This document shows positions 1 to 9,601 of a stretch of DNA of 64,000 nt, piece by piece. Position 1 is the first letter of the stretch, and the number at the start of each line of letters is the position of its first letter. The stretch spans positions 15,480-79,479 of the forward strand of contig CAYZJB010000004.1 of the NCBI GenBank assembly GCA_964478735.1, given 5' to 3'. The notes below the pieces were generated by a model. That model searched no databases, was not told where the DNA came from, and saw only the letters and a list, made by a program, of their open reading frames with translations. This stretch comes from an uncultured Bacteroidota bacterium (GTDB lineage Bacteria > CLD3 > SB21). The position numbers and the translations under genes are program-made.

Positions 1-29
1 TGGACGTCAAAAACGAAAATGACCAGCTC

Positions 30-1379
30 GTGGTGGAGTTTTTCCGGCACGAGCTTCCATATATCGACAAGGCGGTCCTGAAAGAAGACGATCCGGACAT
101 CAAAAAGGCGGCGCTGGCGTGCCGGTACCTCTCGGCCCGGCTCATGGCGCGTTTCGACATTCATCCCAATTACCTTCGGATGGCGACGGACCATATCCGG
201 CTCGATGCTGAAAAGCTTCCCGTCGAACTTCGGGACAATGAAGACGCGATGGCGGCAAAGGTAACCCTGTACAACGAGATCCGAAAGCGCGTCGGATTTT
301 TCAACAAAGCGGAGCGGGCATTCCTGACGATGAACGACGTCGAAGCAGCCATCGACGCGGAAAACATCGCCCTCACGCGTGACGGCGTCTTCCGCATTCT
401 GGAAAAGATCAACGAGATCGAATTGAAGCTGGCCGTTGCGGAGTACGTCAAGCGCGGGACGATCACCCGCGGACAGGACGACGGTACGTTTGATGCGGAG
501 ACCGTCGAAACCCGAGTCAAAGCGTTGTTCAAGACTTCCAGTATCGAAGCCATTGAAAAAGAAGCCGTCGAGAAAAATCTGATCCCGGAATCCATTTTAG
601 AAAAGGCGAAAGAAGAAAGGGAGTTTGACGATACCGTTGTCGATATCCGCAATTATGCAACGTATCTGGTCACACGGCGGCTCGACAAACCGGAGTATCC
701 ACGCCATCTGCAGCGCGCGCTGAATTTGATCGTAGCCCTTATTCAAGATGCCATCGGATGGAGGCATTTTGAAAATTCCCAGTTGCGCGCCAAACAGGAA
801 GTTGTCCCGCTCATCGAAGAGTACCATAACTTTCTGTCCCGTCTTCTCGATGCGCTGGCCGACGATCACGACCCGGAGCACGAGGAAATCATTTCCAAAC
901 TGCGTGACGACGATTTTTTTGCCGTCACGGACAACAAAGACAGTCTGGAAGCGGGCAAAAAATCGGCGCCGCAAGTCAAAGCGGAGTTTGTCTCGTTGAT
1001 GAACGACAATCGTTTCCAGCAATATATCGCCAAAGCGATGGTCTTCGCCAATCAGTCCAAATCGGAGGAATGGCGCGCGTATCGGGCGGGTCTCGATACG
1101 ACGCAGGCCCTGCTCAATACAAACCTGAACAAGACGCTGACGGTGCTGGAAAAAATCATCAATGCCATGCGCAGTGATTCCCAAAACGCGGAAAACTATC
1201 GGCCGTATATCCAGACCCTTGAAGGACGGTACTATGAATCCTTCAAGCGCATGCAAAACGATCTCAACGCATTTTTGAAACCGGCAAGCGTCGTGAAGAT
1301 CGAATACAATCGGGTAGCCAATTCGGAAAAATTCAAAGTCTTTTTAAAACACAGTTACGAGTTAATCAAAGAAATCTGA
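30..1379 (+). CDS. hypothetical protein (all-helical by composition, no recognisable family); 5' end may lie beyond window edge
   Basis: 449 aa ORF, GTG at 30, frame open back to nt 3; stop overlaps next start (TGATG at 1377-1381) implying coupling with bamD. Confidence 0.5.
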   Translation: MVEFFRHELPYIDKAVLKEDDPDIKKAALACRYLSARLMARFDIHPNYLRMATDHIRLDAEKLPVELRDNEDAMAAKVTLYNEIRKRVGFFNKAERAFLTMNDVEAAIDAENIALTRDGVFRILEKINEIELKLAVAEYVKRGTITRGQDDGTFDAETVETRVKALFKTSSIEAIEKEAVEKNLIPESILEKAKEEREFDDTVVDIRNYATYLVTRRLDKPEYPRHLQRALNLIVALIQDAIGWRHFENSQLRAKQEVVPLIEEYHNFLSRLLDALADDHDPEHEEIISKLRDDDFFAVTDNKDSLEAGKKSAPQVKAEFVSLMNDNRFQQYIAKAMVFANQSKSEEWRAYRAGLDTTQALLNTNLNKTLTVLEKIINAMRSDSQNAENYRPYIQTLEGRYYESFKRMQNDLNAFLKPASVVKIEYNRVANSEKFKVFLKHSYELIKEI

Positions 1380-1402
1380 TGGAGTTCGTGGAAAGGCAAT
1401 TC

Positions 1403-2194
1403 ATGAGGCGCTGGCCCCATATGATGTGCATCGCGGCGCTGATGCTGGCGTCGTGCGGCGGTAAAAAAGACGTGACGCAGTACATGACGTCCCGGGAACA
1501 TTTTGAATACGCCATGCGGTTCTTTAAAAAGAAGAACTGGACTAAGGCGCAGGAAGAGTTTGCTCTGGTGACGTATAAATACAGCGGCTCCGACGTGGCG
1601 GACGACGCTCAGTTTTACATCGGCGAGTGTTATTATAACCTCAAAGATTATGTCACGGCAGCCGCGGAATACGATCGCCTCGTGACCGCGTATCCGAAGA
1701 GCGATTGGGTCGAGATGGGCATGTACCGTCTTGTCCTGTGTTATTATGAACTGTCGCCCGGGTATGCCCTGGACCAAAAATTTACACTCGACGCCGTCAA
1801 CGCCATTCAGAACTTTTTGGATCTTTTTCCGAACAGCGAGCGGCGTGGTGAAGTGGAAAAATATTTCACCGAGATCAAAACCAAGCTGGCCAAAAAACAT
1901 TTTGAGAGCGCGCACATTTACCGGAGACTCGGGGAGTATGAAGCCGCCATCGTGTACTACGATCAGGTGATCACGGATTATTATGACGGACCTTACGTGG
2001 TTCCCGCCCACTACTGGAAAGGGTACTGTTACTATAAGATCAAGGACTTTGCGAAAGCGCGTCTCGTTCTCACCCGATTCATCGAAGAAAAAGGGGCCGA
2101 TCCCGAAATGATTAAAGAGGCCAAAGAAATACTTGTGGAGATCGGCAAGGACCAGGTTCGTCTCGAAAACACGGCCTCGCGCGACCAGCGCTGA
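1403..2194 (+). CDS. bamD: outer membrane protein assembly factor BamD (TPR lipoprotein)
   Basis: lipobox LMLASC at N-terminus, TPR-like repeats, GGAAAGG SD-like 6 nt upstream of ATG 1403 (alternative ATG 1379 overlaps upstream stop). Confidence 0.8.
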   Translation: MRRWPHMMCIAALMLASCGGKKDVTQYMTSREHFEYAMRFFKKKNWTKAQEEFALVTYKYSGSDVADDAQFYIGECYYNLKDYVTAAAEYDRLVTAYPKSDWVEMGMYRLVLCYYELSPGYALDQKFTLDAVNAIQNFLDLFPNSERRGEVEKYFTEIKTKLAKKHFESAHIYRRLGEYEAAIVYYDQVITDYYDGPYVVPAHYWKGYCYYKIKDFAKARLVLTRFIEEKGADPEMIKEAKEILVEIGKDQVRLENTASRDQR

Positions 2195-2199
2195 CGCTC

Positions 2200-2778
2200 A
2201 TGAAGATAGGGGTTTTCGGCGGGACGTTCGATCCCGTGCACCTGGCTCATCTGGTCGTCGCCGAATGCGCGCGCGACGCCGCGGGTCTGGATAAAGTTAT
2301 TTTTCTTCCTGCACCTCGTCCCCCTCACAAAAACACGAACGATCTGACGGGCTATCACCATCGTGTCGAAATGGTTCGACGCGCCATCGACGGCCGTCCG
2401 GAATTTGTGGTCTCCGATATCGAAAACCGGCTCGACGGACCGTCGTATACAACGCGGACCCTGGAGATTCTGTACAATGAATATCCGGGTTCGAACTGGT
2501 TTCTTATCATGGGCGCAGATTCCCTTCGCGACCTGCACACGTGGCGGGATCCCGAACGGCTGTGTACACAGGCGCGATTCATTGTCTTTCCGCGTCCGGA
2601 GGTCGACACGGCGTCCGTCCATCCTTCTTTTTTAATGAATACCGAATTCTTAAACGTACCGTATCTTGACATTGCCGCGACGGACTTGCGAGAACGGGTG
2701 CGGACGGGCCGGACGCTCCGTTATCTCGTTCCGGACGCAGTGATCGACTACATCGAACGAAACGGACTTTACCGATGA
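2200..2778 (+). CDS. nadD: nicotinate-nucleotide adenylyltransferase
   Basis: N-terminal GVFGGTFDPVHLAH nucleotidyltransferase motif, 192 aa. Confidence 0.9.
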   Translation: MKIGVFGGTFDPVHLAHLVVAECARDAAGLDKVIFLPAPRPPHKNTNDLTGYHHRVEMVRRAIDGRPEFVVSDIENRLDGPSYTTRTLEILYNEYPGSNWFLIMGADSLRDLHTWRDPERLCTQARFIVFPRPEVDTASVHPSFLMNTEFLNVPYLDIAATDLRERVRTGRTLRYLVPDAVIDYIERNGLYR

Positions 2779-4553
2779 TACTCCTGGAACATCTTTTGCC
2801 GTATTTGAAGCGTCACCGCTGGCTGTTGATCATCGGATTTGTATTCGTGATCCTTAAAAATCTTTTCCAATCCATGTCGCCGTTGGTCGTGCGGGAGGCG
2901 ATCGACAGCTTGTCGGAAACGCCCGTAGGATTTTTCTACGTTTACGTCGTCGAACCGATGTTTGGTTCCTCTGCCATCTCCGGGTTTGTCTTATGTTTTC
3001 TTTTTTTCGAATTGCTTCATGCGATGTTTTTGTACGGCATGCGCAGGACGCTCATCGTCACGTCACGCCGGGTCGAGTACGATTTTCGAAATGATTTTTT
3101 TGCCCATGTGCAGCGTCTTCATGCCGGTTTTTTCCAGACGACGAGGACGGGCGACCTGATGAGCCGGATGAACAGCGATCTGGGGGCCGTTCGCGACGTC
3201 CTGGGACCGGGCATTATGTACACGGCCAACACGATCGTATCGTTTCTCTACGTCGTACCGATGATGCTATCCATCAGTCCGTTGTTGACCGGGCTGGCGT
3301 TTTTACCGCTTCTGCTGTTGTCGTTTCTGATCCAGCGGCTATCGGGGCAAATCCACGTACGTTCTGAGCGTGTGCAGGAAAAACTCGCCGACATCAGTTC
3401 ACGCGCGCAGGAAAATTTCAGCGGAATCCGCGTCGTCATGAGCTTCGTTCGAGAAGCGTTTGAAATCGAGCGCTTCCGGGCCATGAACCGGGATTACGTC
3501 CGATTGAACATGGGACTCGTGCGGGTACGCGGCGTGATGATGGCGTCGGTCATTTTGACGATGGGGCTGAGCGTGGCCGTCCTGCTGGGATGGGGAGGGA
3601 AACTCGTGATGAGTGACGATATGTCGCTCGGTCAGTTCACCGCGTTCAGTTTTTATCTCGCCATTTTGATTTGGCCGATCATTGCGTTGGGCTGGGTGAT
3701 CAATATATTCCAACGGGGTTCGGCGTCCATGAAGCGCATCGTGGAAATTCTGCAAACGGAACCGCTCATCACGGATGCATCGGCGCATCCGCTGCATCCG
3801 GCCATTCGCGGGCAAATTGAATTTCGAAACCTCACGTTCAGTTACGGCGATCGACCGCCCGTGCTTCACGGCATATCGCTGCGAATCGACGCGGGGATGA
3901 CGTTGGCAATCGTCGGTGCAACGGGCAGCGGAAAAACGACACTGGTCAGCCTGATCCCGAGGATTTACGATGCATCGCCGGGCATGGTGCTGCTTGACGG
4001 GCAAAACATCGAATGCTACCCGTTGAATGTCTTGCGCGGATCGATCGGCATGGTTCCGCAGGATACGTTCTTATTTTCCGACACGATTCTTAATAATCTC
4101 CTTTTCGGCATCGATGGGGCAGATGCGAAAACGGGCCTGTGGGCGTCGGACATTGCCCAGTTGACTGAAGCGGTCCAGAGTTTCCCGGACGGCTACGGTA
4201 CGATGATCGGAGAACGCGGCATTACGTTATCCGGAGGGCAGAAACAGCGGCTGGCTATCGCACGGGCCGTTGCGAAGGAACCCCGGATTCTCATTTTAGA
4301 CGATGCCCTGTCGAGCGTCGATACACGTACCGAAGAAGCGATACTGGTCCGAATGAAAGAACTGATGCGCGAGCGGACCTCCATTGTTGTCAGCCATCGT
4401 CTGCAGACGATCCAACACGCCGATCATATCGTTTTGCTTGCCGACGGACGGATTGCCGAACAGGGAACCCACACGGAATTGCTCGCCCACCGCGGTGCCT
4501 ATTTAAGATTGTACGATCGGCAACAAATTGAGCAGGAACTCGCCGAGACATGA
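2775..4553 (+). CDS. ABC exporter, fused permease/ATPase (MsbA/lipid-exporter type)
   Basis: 6-TM N-terminal half, Walker A GATGSGKTT, ABC signature LSGGQKQRLAIARA, Walker B ILILDDA; ATGA overlap with nadD. Confidence 0.85.
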   Translation: MILLEHLLPYLKRHRWLLIIGFVFVILKNLFQSMSPLVVREAIDSLSETPVGFFYVYVVEPMFGSSAISGFVLCFLFFELLHAMFLYGMRRTLIVTSRRVEYDFRNDFFAHVQRLHAGFFQTTRTGDLMSRMNSDLGAVRDVLGPGIMYTANTIVSFLYVVPMMLSISPLLTGLAFLPLLLLSFLIQRLSGQIHVRSERVQEKLADISSRAQENFSGIRVVMSFVREAFEIERFRAMNRDYVRLNMGLVRVRGVMMASVILTMGLSVAVLLGWGGKLVMSDDMSLGQFTAFSFYLAILIWPIIALGWVINIFQRGSASMKRIVEILQTEPLITDASAHPLHPAIRGQIEFRNLTFSYGDRPPVLHGISLRIDAGMTLAIVGATGSGKTTLVSLIPRIYDASPGMVLLDGQNIECYPLNVLRGSIGMVPQDTFLFSDTILNNLLFGIDGADAKTGLWASDIAQLTEAVQSFPDGYGTMIGERGITLSGGQKQRLAIARAVAKEPRILILDDALSSVDTRTEEAILVRMKELMRERTSIVVSHRLQTIQHADHIVLLADGRIAEQGTHTELLAHRGAYLRLYDRQQIEQELAET

Positions 4554-4557
4554 AGCG

Positions 4558-5348
4558 ATGGCTTCCGTTCTGATGGTCGGATTCTCTGTCGTCGCCCAGG
4601 AGCCCCTGCCGTTGGAAACGGTGCCGTCCGATGCAGGGATCTCGTTGCATCTCCTCTATGCCGCTCATCAAGATCGTCAGGGTCTGATGTGGTTTGGCAC
4701 GATGCACGGTTTGATTCGGTACGACGGCGTGCGATATCGCGTTTTTCGTCATGATCCATCCTGTCGATCAGCCACGACGACATCGTATTGATCCATGAAG
4801 GTTCCGATGGATATCTCTGGATCGGAACGTTCGGCGGCGGAATCAACCGGTTGGATTCACGAACATCTGAATTGCTCCGATTTCCTAACCCTCCCGGCCG
4901 GTACTGTATGGGACATCGAGGGCGATGGTTCGGGACATCTGTGGCTTGCGACCGGGCATCCATTCTCAGGCTCACCGTTCATGAAGACGATGCCACCGTA
5001 TTCAAGGCGCTTTGCGCGGGTGCGAGCGGTTATCTGATCAAAACATCCGAACCGGCAAAAATTATCGCATCGATCCGTGACCTTCATGCCGGAGGAGCGC
5101 CCATGTCGCCCTCCATCGCTCGAATGGTCGTTCGCAGTTTTCAGAAACCGGTGCAGCACCATCTCACCGTTCGCGAAAAAGAAATTTTGGATTACCTATG
5201 CAGTGGGCATTCCTATCGTTCGATTGCCCATGCGTTGACCATCAGCAAGGATACGGTACACGCCCACTTAAAGAACATTTATCGTAAGCTCGAAGTCAAC
5301 TCCATGTCGGAGGCGGTTCTGAAGGCCATTCGGGATCGAATTGTTTAA
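4558..5348 (+). pseudogene. decayed chimera: N-terminal signal peptide + two-component-regulator beta-propeller repeats (sensor kinase-like) joined to C-terminal half of a LuxR-family response regulator; at least 2 frameshifts
   Basis: propeller repeat motifs (GLIRYDG, DGYLWIGTFGGGINRLD, GSGHLWLATG) lie in three different frames; tail VHEDDATVFKALCAGASGYLIK...LTVREKEILDYL...NIYRKLEV parallels the intact regulator at 8596-9243. Confidence 0.6.
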
Positions 5349-5444
5349 GACGCATTCCCCTTTTGGGGAAGAAGAAGCGTTCCTCGCGGAACGTTTACGC
5401 TTGGGAAAGACAAAATGTTTCGGTTTTAAAGAAAAACTACCTTC

Positions 5445-5467
5445 ACGGGTAATCTCACCCGTTTTTC
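5445..5467 (+). terminator. rho-independent terminator-like hairpin
   Basis: ACGGGT-aatctc-ACCCGT followed by TTTTT. Confidence 0.45.
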
Positions 5468-5654
5468 ACGTCACCACTCTCCAAAAAACATCCCCATTCA
5501 GGGAATTGTTTCACCTTCTCGATTAGCATAGACTACCGTAGGATCCAAAACGTTCAGGCGACGCCTGTTGACGAGCGACTCCAGAGTTTATGCTGTTTAT
5601 TCTGATAATCATGATGCCGTGTGGTCGTCGATGGATCGTCTGTTCGTATAACTT

Positions 5655-8594
5655 TTGGGAAATCATTTTTTGAACGCATTCATTTTTTTACGCTCCCTTT
5701 GTATTGCCGCTTCCCTTCAAGCGCAAAAATTTGTCCAGTTTACCGGATCGACGCCCATGACGCCGCATCGGATGATTCAAGACCGTGCCGGCTACATCTG
5801 GATGGCGTCCTATCGGGGTTTGAATCGATATGACGGCCATACGTTCAAAACGTTCGAACATGCCGTATATGATTCGACGTCCCTTTCCCACGAGATCGTC
5901 AATGATCTTCTGGAAGACAACGATGGACAACTGTGGATTGCGACCGAAGATGGCATTGACCGCTACGTTTCACGGACAGAATCTTTTGAACACATTCGTT
6001 TTCAAAACAGCAGCCTGAGGCCCAATAACGTTCGACGGTTATTTCAAACTCGGGACGGTCGTTACTGGGCGGCCACGCTTTTTTCGGTTTTTCAATTTGA
6101 TCCGCGAAAAGGTGCGGTGTCCCATTACCCGGGGTTTGATCGACTCGGCAAAGGAGTTGTTCGTCAATTTGTCGAATGGAATCGACACGTGTGGCTTCTG
6201 ACCATGCGAGGGCAATTGTATCGTCACGATCCCGTTTCAAAAAGTTTTCACCTTATCGATGTATCGGAAGATTGGATCGGGCGCATCGTGATCGATCTGG
6301 AAAATAATCTCTGGATCCTATCCTCCCGCACGGTCATCAAAATGAATCCGACCGGCATCGTATCGGCGCGTTATCAGGTCGATCATGCGTTACGCGACAG
6401 AGAAATTCTGGACGCCTTAATCGTCGACAATGGGATCTGGATAGGTACCGACGACGGCCTTTTCCATTTCGATACGTCGGGCGGGCACATACGATCGATA
6501 CAAGACTATATGGACAGGGATTATCTTGGCGGTCGTCGATCCATCGTATCGCTGTTGAGGGATCGCGAGGAAACCGTGTGGGCGTCGATACAGAGCAGCG
6601 GGCTTTACCGGTACAGTCCTTTCCGTCCGGATTTTCGCATCGTGCGCCATGATCCGGAGCGTCGTCGTTCACTCGGTTCCAATATGGTATTTCGAATTTA
6701 CGAAGACTCTGATTCGATTTTATGGATCGTAACCTCCGGCCGCGAGATCAATAAAATCGATACCGACGGCTCCATTACTCGAATCAAATCGAATGGCTTC
6801 GGAGTCCGGTCGTTTGCCGATGTGGGAGACGGGTCGCTCTGGATAGGCAAGTTGCGAGGATTGGAGCGAATTCACAGACTAACCGGAAAATCGATACGGC
6901 TGCAAAAAGAATTAGAAGTTTTTCAAGACGTTGCCGTCACCGAGATGCTGTCGTTGGATCAACAAAGCTGGCTATTTGGAACGTCCAGGGGTGTGGCGCA
7001 TGTGACCCGAACAAACGATGTCGTGAACGTCAAATGGTATCGTTCGAATTCGGACACGAACAGTCTTTCGTCCGACCTTATCTTTGCACTTTATCGCAGT
7101 CACCGCGGAGGGGCGTGGTTGGGAACGGAGGCCGGCCTCGACTATCTGGACTATCGTGCCGGCCGGGTGTTCAGGACCCATCAAGGGTCGGGTTTTCAAT
7201 CGGGGATGATGACCAGTTTGTGGGAAGATTCTCTCGGGCGTGTCTGGGTCGGAACATACGGTCATGGTTTGAAAGTTTATGATCCGTCCACCGGATCCTG
7301 GCGCAGTTATACCAAACGTGAAGGGCTGCCGAACGATCAGATTTACGGAATTCTTTCCGATGGCCGAGGCTGTTTGTGGTTAACGACGAACAACGGTCTG
7401 TGCCGTTTTTCCATCCATGACGAACAGATTCGCTGGTTTACTGAGGACGACGGGATTGCGGGAAATGAATTTAACGAAGGGGCGTGGTGCCGTCGACGAA
7501 ACGGTTCGATCGTGCTGGGTGGGCCCCGAGGCTTGACGTTATTCCATCCGGAACGAATCAAAACGAATCCCTATGTACCAGGAATTCAAATTGAAGGAAT
7601 GGAGATCAACGGCGCGTTTGTGCGTACCGGTTCTGATGAATGGAAGATGTCTTCGAGTGATAACTCATTTGAGATCATGTACACCGCGTTAAGTTTTCTG
7701 GTATCCAGCAAAAACCGTTTTCAATACCGGCTGCAAGGTTACGATGCCGGCTGGGTCGATGCCAAATACCGGCGCAGCGCTCCATACAGCAATGTTCCAC
7801 CGGGCCAATACACTTTTCAGGTCCGGGGGTCGAATAATGACGGCGTGTGGAATATGGCCGGTGCCAGCCTTCGGATAGCGGTTTTACCGGAAGTGTGGCA
7901 AACGTGGTGGTTCGTGGCACTGGTGTGCGTGGTCGTCGGAGCGTCGGTGTATGGCCTGGTCGCATTCCGAGTACGGCAACTCCTGGCGGTCGAGCGGCTT
8001 CGGACAACCATTGCCGCCGATCTTCATGATTCTGTCGGGAGCGGCCTGACCGATATTTCCATCCTTACGCAGTTGGTCGTCCAACAGCTTGACCAGCGCA
8101 CGCGGGGCCAGGTCGAGCAGCATCTCGTCAAAATTCACGAAACGACCGACGGCATAATCAAAAGTTTTGGCGACATCATCTGGATTGTCAATCCCAAACG
8201 GGACTCTCTCTCAGACCTTATCATCCGAACGAAGGATTTCTATCAGGACGTCTTGGCCCAGCTCGGTGTCCAGTTTACAACCAGCAATCTTAACGATTTA
8301 CAAAATCTGAAGCTAAAATTGGAGAAAAAGCAGCAATTGTACCTATTAATAAAGGAGGCCATCCATAATAGCTTGAAACACAGTCAATGTCATCAAATCC
8401 ATCTCGATGTCGCCGTGGATCGGACCGATTTCAAGATATCCATTACCGATGACGGACAGGGCTTCCGGTTAAACGGCGAGACGGGTAATGGTTTAAAAAA
8501 CATGCGGATGCGTGCCAGTCACTTGGGCGGTTCTCTTCTCATCCAGTCGTCACCCGGTGCGGGTACACGCGTCGAAATACAAGGAAAGGTATAA
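5655..8594 (+). CDS. sensor histidine kinase with periplasmic two-component-regulator propeller / Y_Y_Y domains, TM helix, HisKA_3 + HATPase_c
   Basis: signal peptide; repeated YxGxxxGLxxYDG / LWIGT propeller motifs; TM WWFVALVCVVVGASVYGLVAF; H-box ADLHDSVGSGLT; C-terminal ATPase G-boxes. Confidence 0.85.
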   Translation: MGNHFLNAFIFLRSLCIAASLQAQKFVQFTGSTPMTPHRMIQDRAGYIWMASYRGLNRYDGHTFKTFEHAVYDSTSLSHEIVNDLLEDNDGQLWIATEDGIDRYVSRTESFEHIRFQNSSLRPNNVRRLFQTRDGRYWAATLFSVFQFDPRKGAVSHYPGFDRLGKGVVRQFVEWNRHVWLLTMRGQLYRHDPVSKSFHLIDVSEDWIGRIVIDLENNLWILSSRTVIKMNPTGIVSARYQVDHALRDREILDALIVDNGIWIGTDDGLFHFDTSGGHIRSIQDYMDRDYLGGRRSIVSLLRDREETVWASIQSSGLYRYSPFRPDFRIVRHDPERRRSLGSNMVFRIYEDSDSILWIVTSGREINKIDTDGSITRIKSNGFGVRSFADVGDGSLWIGKLRGLERIHRLTGKSIRLQKELEVFQDVAVTEMLSLDQQSWLFGTSRGVAHVTRTNDVVNVKWYRSNSDTNSLSSDLIFALYRSHRGGAWLGTEAGLDYLDYRAGRVFRTHQGSGFQSGMMTSLWEDSLGRVWVGTYGHGLKVYDPSTGSWRSYTKREGLPNDQIYGILSDGRGCLWLTTNNGLCRFSIHDEQIRWFTEDDGIAGNEFNEGAWCRRRNGSIVLGGPRGLTLFHPERIKTNPYVPGIQIEGMEINGAFVRTGSDEWKMSSSDNSFEIMYTALSFLVSSKNRFQYRLQGYDAGWVDAKYRRSAPYSNVPPGQYTFQVRGSNNDGVWNMAGASLRIAVLPEVWQTWWFVALVCVVVGASVYGLVAFRVRQLLAVERLRTTIAADLHDSVGSGLTDISILTQLVVQQLDQRTRGQVEQHLVKIHETTDGIIKSFGDIIWIVNPKRDSLSDLIIRTKDFYQDVLAQLGVQFTTSNLNDLQNLKLKLEKKQQLYLLIKEAIHNSLKHSQCHQIHLDVAVDRTDFKISITDDGQGFRLNGETGNGLKNMRMRASHLGGSLLIQSSPGAGTRVEIQGKV

Positions 8595-8595
8595 A

Positions 8596-9243
8596 ATGAG
8601 AAATGCGATTCGAACGATCGTCGTTGACGACAATGAGACCGTCAGAGAAGGCTTGGCGGCTTTGATCAACGGAACAGAAGGCTACCAGTGCGTGGCGCAG
8701 TACAGCAATTGCGAAAGTCTGCTCAACCAGATCGATCGGTACTGGGCGGACGTCATTCTGATGGATATCCGGCTGCCCGGAATCAGCGGTATCGAAGGGG
8801 CAAAACGGATCAAACAACGTTTTCCTCAGGCCAATATTCTGATGTTGACCGTGTATGAGGAAAACGACCTGATCTTCGATGCCGTTTGCGCCGGTGCGTC
8901 CGGCTATCTGCTCAAGCGAACGCCTCCGGCACGACTTCTGGAAGCCGTCCGGGAAGCGTACGAAGGCGGTTCACCGATGAACTCACAAATCGCGCGGCGT
9001 CTCTTGACCATGATTCAAGAAAAAAGCGCAAGGCCGGAAATCGAATCCGGGGAGTCGTTCAACGAGCGGGAAAAGAACATCCTTGTCCGACTCGCCCAGG
9101 GACAAACGTATGAAGAGATTGCACAGGAACTATTTATCAGCGCCAATACGGTCAAATATTACGTTCGTAAAATTTATCAGAAACTGCACGCTTCATCCAA
9201 ATCGGAAGCGATATCAAAAGCGATACGAGCTGGAATGATTTAG
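8596..9243 (+). CDS. response regulator, NarL/LuxR family (REC + HTH_LuxR)
   Basis: IVVDDNETVREGL...ILMDIRLPGISG receiver motifs; C-terminal LuxR HTH EREKNILVRLAQGQTYEEIAQELFISANTVKYYVRKIY; ATG 2 nt after kinase stop. Confidence 0.9.
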   Translation: MRNAIRTIVVDDNETVREGLAALINGTEGYQCVAQYSNCESLLNQIDRYWADVILMDIRLPGISGIEGAKRIKQRFPQANILMLTVYEENDLIFDAVCAGASGYLLKRTPPARLLEAVREAYEGGSPMNSQIARRLLTMIQEKSARPEIESGESFNEREKNILVRLAQGQTYEEIAQELFISANTVKYYVRKIYQKLHASSKSEAISKAIRAGMI

Positions 9244-9269
9244 TTCTAGCCGACATCTCCTGATTCAAA

Positions 9270-9294
9270 AACCCCGAGCCCATCGGGGTTTTTG
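9270..9294 (+). terminator. rho-independent terminator
   Basis: CCCCGA-gccca-TCGGGG + TTTTTGTT immediately after regulator. Confidence 0.6.
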
Positions 9295-9601
9295 TTATTC
9301 GAAGCATCCAGCGGTTTTCAAAAGACTTAGAGTTCTCTGGACGGTCGAAAAATCTATCCATCGAGGTAAACTTTGACCCTTTTAAGGGAGTTCATAAGCG
9401 TCAGGACTACCCGGTCAGTTCATTGTTCAACGTAGCCACAGCGTCTACATTAACCGCGCGACACACATCATATCTCAACGATTCTGTTCGACATTGCTTT
9501 TTTCAGACCGTCCTGAAACGCAAAGTGAAAGGAGACTCGCCACGCCCATGCGACTAAATTTCCTTTTTTATCCACCGCATTCCTTAACCAAGGAGGACAG
9601 T

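Noticed and set aside
597-1256. 219 aa minus-strand ORF
   Set aside because: Lies inside and antisense to the 30-1379 gene; no independent support
5341-5526. 61 aa ORF after the pseudogene
   Set aside because: Spans a terminator hairpin, no SD, likely noncoding intergenic
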